Assembly (NCBI GenBank): GCA_023267535.1
Contig: JAHFNC010000002.1
Location: forward strand, 55,426-119,425
Source of the DNA: a bacterium
GTDB lineage: Bacteria > Patescibacteriota > Minisyncoccia > Phycocordibacterales > UBA5272
DNA: 64,000 nucleotides
Direction: 5' to 3'
Positions 59,901-64,000 of this stretch are shown one piece after another. Below the pieces are notes generated by a model that worked only from the letters and a program-made list of their open reading frames with translations, had not been told where the DNA came from and did no database searches. The translations under genes were made by a program, and so were the position numbers. Every line of letters begins with the position of its first letter. The first letter of the stretch is position 1.

Positions 59901-60598
59901 GCCGTGCTCCAAAGAATCCTGCAATTATCGCCCACGAATCAGGTGAAGTATTTAGTATCAAAGAAGAAGGAAAAGAAAAGATTATGATGATTCTTGCCGA
60001 TGATGATGGATCAAAGGGAAATAAGAGCGGAAAGCAAATTGAATATACTATTCCTTATCGCCGTCAACCAATCGTTAAAGTTGGTGAAAGAGTTGAAAGA
60101 GGTCAAATGATGACTGACGGTTCTTGTGATATTGATGAACTGTTTACTTATGCTGGAAAAGAAGTTGCTGAGGAATACATTGTTTCTGAAATAAACAAAG
60201 TTTATGAATTACAAGGTGCAAGTATTTCTCGTAAGCACGTGGAAGTTATCATCAAGCAAATGTTTGGTCGTATCAAAATTACAAATCCAGGAGACACAAG
60301 ATTTACTCAAGGAGATGTTGTTGAATATTCAACATTTAGGATAGAAAATATTGCTACCAAGAAAATTGATGGCACAGAAGCTAAGGGAAGAAATCTTGTA
60401 TTAGGTATCACAGATGTGGCTTTATCTACTGCATCATGGTTATCTTCAGCTTCATTCCAAAATACTACAAGAGTGTTAATTACAGCATCTACTAGGGGAC
60501 AAATTGATAACCTTCGTGGTCTAAAAGAAAACGTTATTATCGGAAGACTTATTCCAGCTGGAACTGGTATAAGAAAGAAAGATGAAAAAGCAGAATAA
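56996..60598 (+). CDS. rpoC: DNA-directed RNA polymerase subunit beta'
   Basis: Zn-finger CxxC..CxxC, NADFDGDQMAVH catalytic motif and the trigger-loop region. Confidence 0.95.
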   Translation: MKTIDTTNFDALAIKIASGEAIKSWSYGEVTKPETINYRTGRSERYGLFDERIFGPEKDYECYCGKYRRIRYKDIICEKCGVEVTKSIVRRERMGHIELASPVSHIWFLRTVPSRISAILYAPVSEVERVVYFASYIIKSVNETAKEEILRNLDSEFKAKIKSASDEKTQDKLRDLLVGAKKEIAEIRPWKILDEMTYHRYSLKYGTCFEAGIGAEAIYDIFKTIDLKDLEVKIVAQLAKVGNLEKEKVEKRLSLVRAFINAGIRPEWMFLTVIPVIPPGIRPMVALEGGRYAASDVNDLYRRVINRNNRLKKLKEIGAPDVILRNEKRILQEAVDALIDNTARHGQGAVMSQSQKRQLKSLSDNLKGKQGLLRGNLLGKRVDYSARSVIVIGAQLALNECGLPKHMALELFKPFVISKLLERELAFNIRGANKLIEDSIPEVWAILEECIEGKYVLLNRAPTLHRLGIQAFNPRLIEGNAIQLHPLVCQAFNADFDGDQMAVHLPLSVEAQEEARTLMAANRNLLKPGSGDSIVNPRMDMVLGVYWMTKEISGEKGEGKYFASPNEAITAYDFGLVSFRAKIKVLPTDKPKYAKFDNKAFETTVGKLLFNSVLPSDFPFITEEVNGKKMNSIVDEVILTYGLETAPKVIDKIKTFGYKYATVSGTTWNIDAVKVPKEKTELVKEGWVTAGTVDADFADGLLSEEERYEKTIENWQIVRQKLEKLIPETLEKHNSVYDLITSGARGSIAQVIQMSGMKGIIVNNSGRNIDFPVISSYKEGLTPLEYFITTYGARKGNSDTALKTAQAGYLTRRLVDVAQDAIIREEDCGTSEYKTVRTENALGIEVPISKNVRGRIIAEDIVVNGSVMFKKNSLLSKDDAVEVEKAGVSEVKVFSPLTCKAIHGICRKCYGLDMGRNEKVKLGEAVGIVAAQAIGEPGTQLTMRTFHAGGVAGTDITQGLPRVEEIFERRAPKNPAIIAHESGEVFSIKEEGKEKIMMILADDDGSKGNKSGKQIEYTIPYRRQPIVKVGERVERGQMMTDGSCDIDELFTYAGKEVAEEYIVSEINKVYELQGASISRKHVEVIIKQMFGRIKITNPGDTRFTQGDVVEYSTFRIENIATKKIDGTEAKGRNLVLGITDVALSTASWLSSASFQNTTRVLITASTRGQIDNLRGLKENVIIGRLIPAGTGIRKKDEKAE

Positions 60599-60637
60599 TC
60601 TTTTGAAATAAAAGTTTTATAAAAGACACATAAAGAC

Positions 60638-60672
60638 AAAAACAAGCGCGACATATGTCGCGCTTGTTTTTT
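60638..60672 (+). terminator. Rho-independent terminator after rpoC
   Basis: acaagcgcgacat-atgtcgcgcttgt followed by TTTTT. Confidence 0.75.
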
Positions 60673-60747
60673 AATTGACGTAAATTTATATAAAGAATAC
60701 AATGTTAGCATCGTTAGTTGTTATCTATTATTTAGTAATTAAAATTT

Positions 60748-62034
60748 ATGAATATTAATAAAAATTTATTTCGTTTTATTTTATCAATCTTTGGTGTTTT
60801 ACTTTTTGCAAACACAGCAAATGCGTTAAATGATTTCTCAATCACAGCTCCAGCTGGAGGAGAAATTTGGGGAGGAGTTCGCGATATTAATTGGACAAAC
60901 TCTTCTTCTACACAATCATTAGACTTCATACTTGTTTCTTCTATTTTTACAGCCACAAATACTCTTAACCCAGGACCTGGAACAATAAACACTGGAACAT
61001 ATAGCTTTAATACTCCAAATGTTGGAGGTCCTATTGCTGACGGTTCATACAAATTTATAATTCAAGATCATAACGACCCAACACTTGTTGAAGTCTCAAA
61101 TACTTTCGTCATAGATAACACTGCTCCGACCGTTTCTCTTTCTACAGCCACACAGGTATCTACAACTTCAACAATCACAATTGTCGGAACAGTTTCAGAT
61201 GCTCATATTTCATCTGGTGCTTTAGTTACAATCACTGGCGGAGTAGCGACGGCAACAGGGACAGCTAGCACATCAGGAGATTTCAGTATTACAGTAACTC
61301 TTAACCAAAATGCAACAACTACAGTTTCAGTTACAGCAACAGATGTTGCAGGAAATGTTTCAAATGCATCAACAGTTGATATAAGTTATTATTTGCCACC
61401 AACAGCTACTGTCCCTTCAGGAACTTATGCTGCCGGATTTCTTCTTGAGCTTTCAGCCACACCAGGAAGTGTGTATTATACAACAGATGGAACTGACCCA
61501 ACTTGTGCCACAGGAACTCTTTACACGGATTTTATTAAAGTTCTATCCAATCAAACTGTAAAAGCCATTGGATGTTATTCAGGAGCGCAATCTACTGTTT
61601 CTACTTTTGATTATGTTGTTAATATCGGCGGTGGAAATGGATCAGGTGGTGGAGGCGGTGGGGGAGGTTCATCAGCACCAGCGCCAGCTCCAGTTTCAAA
61701 CACAGACACTACACAATTTTATTCAAACCAAACTACAAACACTCCGGTATTAACACCACAACAAACAAGTAATCAAACTCCACAAGGACAAGTTTTAGGT
61801 GCTGTTGCTTATAATTTTACTAAAGATTTGAAAGTTGGACAGACTAGTACAAGTGTCACTGAACTCCAAAAAATGCTTATAGAACAAGGGTTTTTGAGTG
61901 CAAAAGCTACTGGGTATTTCGGAGCTCTAACAAAGACGGCACTTATGAAGTTACAAAAGAAAAATAATCTTCCAGCTACTGGATTCTTTGGTCCAATGAC
62001 AAGAGCTTTAGTTAACAAAACAAACTTTAGGTAA
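60748..62034 (+). CDS. Secreted surface protein: Ig-like/CHB_HEX_C-like domains, poly-Gly linker, C-terminal PG_binding_1
   Basis: Signal peptide, a GSVYYTTDGTDPT (chitobiase-C/FN3-like) motif, GGGNGSGGGGGGGGSS, and a C-terminal GQTSTSVTELQKMLIEQGFL...GYFGALTKTALMKLQKKNNLPATGFFG. Confidence 0.6.
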   Translation: MNINKNLFRFILSIFGVLLFANTANALNDFSITAPAGGEIWGGVRDINWTNSSSTQSLDFILVSSIFTATNTLNPGPGTINTGTYSFNTPNVGGPIADGSYKFIIQDHNDPTLVEVSNTFVIDNTAPTVSLSTATQVSTTSTITIVGTVSDAHISSGALVTITGGVATATGTASTSGDFSITVTLNQNATTTVSVTATDVAGNVSNASTVDISYYLPPTATVPSGTYAAGFLLELSATPGSVYYTTDGTDPTCATGTLYTDFIKVLSNQTVKAIGCYSGAQSTVSTFDYVVNIGGGNGSGGGGGGGGSSAPAPAPVSNTDTTQFYSNQTTNTPVLTPQQTSNQTPQGQVLGAVAYNFTKDLKVGQTSTSVTELQKMLIEQGFLSAKATGYFGALTKTALMKLQKKNNLPATGFFGPMTRALVNKTNFR

Positions 62035-62051
62035 AAATTAAAACTAAAATT

Positions 62052-62086
62052 CAAAAAACAATCCGCCTTCGGCGGATTGTTTTTTG
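62052..62086 (+). terminator. Rho-independent terminator
   Basis: acaatccgcc-ttcg-ggcggattgt followed by TTTTTT. Confidence 0.75.
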
Positions 62087-62119
62087 AATTTTGTTTAACA
62101 AAAAGGTATAATATATCTT

Positions 62120-63130
62120 GTGAAGATATACTCATTTCTTAAGAAGACCTTTATTCCTCATAGAGGTAACAGTTACAAGCCACATTTTTTCAGAGAATTT
62201 TCTATAAAGATTTTATTAATCACCAGTATTTTTCTACTCGGATTCTCCGCCGGTAGTTCTTTTTTTATACACAAAACAGTTTTAGGAACATCAGTTGTAT
62301 CTTCTGTATTAATTGACCTAACAAATGAAAATCGTTTAGCTTTTAATGAAGACCCGCTCATTCGTAATGATAAATTAAACGAAGCTGCCAAAATGAAAGG
62401 CCAAGATATGGCAAAATTTGGTTACTTTGCTCACAATAGTCCAAAAGGAGTTACTCCGTGGCACTGGTTTACTAAAGTCGGCTACACTTTTTTGTACGCT
62501 GGAGAAAATCTAGCAATCAATTTTACTGATTCCAATGACGTAGAAAATGCATGGCTTAATTCTCCGGCCCACAGAGCAAATCTTTTAAATGTTGATTTCA
62601 AAGAAATTGGAATTGCTACTATTTCCGGAACATACCAAGGCAATTCAACAATCTTTGTGGTGCAAATGTTTGGAACACCACTAAACGCTTCCGCTTTAGA
62701 ATCCACAAGTGACAAAATAGATACCGCAACCGCAACTCCTAAAATAGTTGTCAAAGCTACAACAACATTATCTACAGCGACAACAACATTACTTTTTGCA
62801 AATCCTGAGGTTAAAGGAACAACAACTGAATCATTACAACCAATAATTACCACCAGTGAACTTGCTGTTGTAAAAAATTTAACAAATGGCGAAGTAACAT
62901 CTGTGAAGAAGACGGCAGTAACTTATTCCAAATGGTACGAGAGATTATTATTTGGTGGTTCTCGTTATGTAACCTTTGCGTATGAGTTTTTAATTGCCTT
63001 CGTAACAGTAGCTTTACTGATGATGTTATTTATTGAAATAAAAAGACAACACTGGAGACATATTTCATATGGAGTTTTGATGATAGTCATAATGATTGCT
63101 TTTGTTTATATAAATAATATTTTCTTCTAA
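62120..63130 (+). CDS. CAP/SCP/PR-1 (YkwD-like) domain protein with N- and C-terminal TM helices (GTG start)
   Basis: The CAP signature motifs ...GHFTQVVW-like (FAHNSPKG...ENL) and NSPAHRANLLN. Leaderless GTG start 7 nt after TATAAT. Confidence 0.6.
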   Translation: MKIYSFLKKTFIPHRGNSYKPHFFREFSIKILLITSIFLLGFSAGSSFFIHKTVLGTSVVSSVLIDLTNENRLAFNEDPLIRNDKLNEAAKMKGQDMAKFGYFAHNSPKGVTPWHWFTKVGYTFLYAGENLAINFTDSNDVENAWLNSPAHRANLLNVDFKEIGIATISGTYQGNSTIFVVQMFGTPLNASALESTSDKIDTATATPKIVVKATTTLSTATTTLLFANPEVKGTTTESLQPIITTSELAVVKNLTNGEVTSVKKTAVTYSKWYERLLFGGSRYVTFAYEFLIAFVTVALLMMLFIEIKRQHWRHISYGVLMIVIMIAFVYINNIFF

Positions 63131-63447
63131 AACCCCTTTGAATTTCTGTGGAAAAACCTGTGCATAACTACTATTAACATCTACCTTAGATAGGCATACT
63201 ATTAAATTGTAGGTCGACCCCAAGAATTTAGATCTTTGGAAGCCAGCAGTGTAGTCATCAAGCAAAAACCCGTGGGTGGTTACTGGGCGCCATGATGCCT
63301 TACTTGATAGATTATGCGGAAAGGTTTCATCTAGACATCTTGTCTCGCGAACGAGATGTAACGACATCATATTTCTTTATGATGCCGTTTTTTGTTTATT
63401 TTAAAGGGTTATTTTCTATTTTTATATTATGGTAAAATGAGTAAACG
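63131..63447 (+). other. GC-richer 317-bp intergenic region ending in a hairpin plus T-run: an unassigned ncRNA or leader candidate
   Basis: No ORF with coding character. Terminator-like catcat-atttcttt-atgatg followed by ccgTTTTTT at about 63365..63393. I could not match tmRNA, SRP or RNase P motifs. Confidence 0.25.
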
Positions 63448-64000
63448 ATGAATCCGAAAGACCAAGTTAAAGAGTTGTTGTCTATCACTGATGTGGTGTC
63501 TACTTATATTCGTTTGGAAAAATCTGGGAACCAATTTCGCGCTAGATGTCCATTCCATAACGAAAAAACTCCGTCTTTTTATGTTTCTCCAGAAAGAAGG
63601 TCTTATCACTGCTTTGGTTGCAGCGAACACGGAGATATTTTTTCTTTCGTTGAAAAAATTGAGAACATTCCATTTTTTGATGCTTTAAAAATTTTAGCTG
63701 ACCGTGCTGGAGTTTCTCTTCAAGATGATAAAAGAAATAAAGAAGATTCAAGATTAGTGGCACTACTTAAAGAAGCCACAATCCATTTTGAAAATAATTT
63801 TAATAACAGTGCTGAAGCTAAAAAATATATTTCTGACAGAGGAATAACCGAAGAAACTATCAAAACTTTTCATATTGGTTTTGCAAAAAATGAGTGGCGT
63901 GATTTATTTATATATCTTGCCAGCAAAGGATATTCTCCTGAAGAAATGGAACAAGCCGGAGTCACCATAAAAACAGATAAAGGGTTTTATGACCGATTTC
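63448..64000 (+). CDS. dnaG: DNA primase (partial; continues beyond the window end)
   Basis: MNPKDQVKELLSITDVVSTY...RARCPFHNEKTPSFYVSPERRSYHCFGCSEHGD zinc-ribbon CHC2 motif. Leaderless (TGGTAAAAT 9 nt upstream). Confidence 0.85.
   Translation, partial: MNPKDQVKELLSITDVVSTYIRLEKSGNQFRARCPFHNEKTPSFYVSPERRSYHCFGCSEHGDIFSFVEKIENIPFFDALKILADRAGVSLQDDKRNKEDSRLVALLKEATIHFENNFNNSAEAKKYISDRGITEETIKTFHIGFAKNEWRDLFIYLASKGYSPEEMEQAGVTIKTDKGFYDRF

Noticed and set aside
63065-63370. 101-aa minus-strand ORF
   Set aside because: It overlaps the 3' end of the CAP-domain gene and the GC-rich intergenic region, with no start context. I treat the region as non-coding or ncRNA instead.

Overview
This 64-kb window comes from a low-GC bacterium that I judge, by inference only, to be Candidate Phyla Radiation / Patescibacteria-like. 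The reasons are tandem T4SS-pilin-like (TrbC/VirB2-type) paralogs, a complete type IV pilus operon next to comFC, giant Big_2/MBG-repeat surface proteins ending in PG_binding_1 domains, a cytoplasmic PAS histidine kinase with two response regulators, and near-universal leaderless gene starts (a -10 box 6-9 nt upstream of the start codon, with almost no Shine-Dalgarno). The housekeeping backbone is hisS (partial), lepB, pth, rpsA, gyrA, glyQS, rpmG (under 60 aa, so absent from the ORF track), tRNA-Trp, ligA, gatC, gatA, tRNA-Asp / tRNA-Met / initiator tRNA, glmS, prmC, rpoB, rpoC and dnaG (partial). Most worth a second look: (1) a four-gene array of T4SS-pilin-like proteins, one carrying a 34-aa Cys-rich tandem-repeat tail, with no conjugation ATPases nearby; (2) a membrane protein with extracellular thrombospondin-type-3-like Ca-binding repeats and a cytoplasmic HepT/HEPN-like RNxxAHE motif, convergent with a thiol-enzyme-like orphan; (3) a scrambled RNA-gene region with three tRNAs, duplicated and inverted tRNA fragments, and an orphan ~170-nt 23S rRNA 5'-fragment with its own terminator; (4) a 111-bp MITE-like element with terminal inverted repeats, present in two copies; (5) a small GC-richer, Shine-Dalgarno-using gene cassette that contrasts with the leaderless native genes; (6) a cupredoxin plus Met-rich secreted protein pair; (7) mosaic, nearly identical ~300-bp intragenic repeats in a 1215-aa surface protein. 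No CRISPR array, reverse transcriptase/DGR, transposase or integrase was seen.
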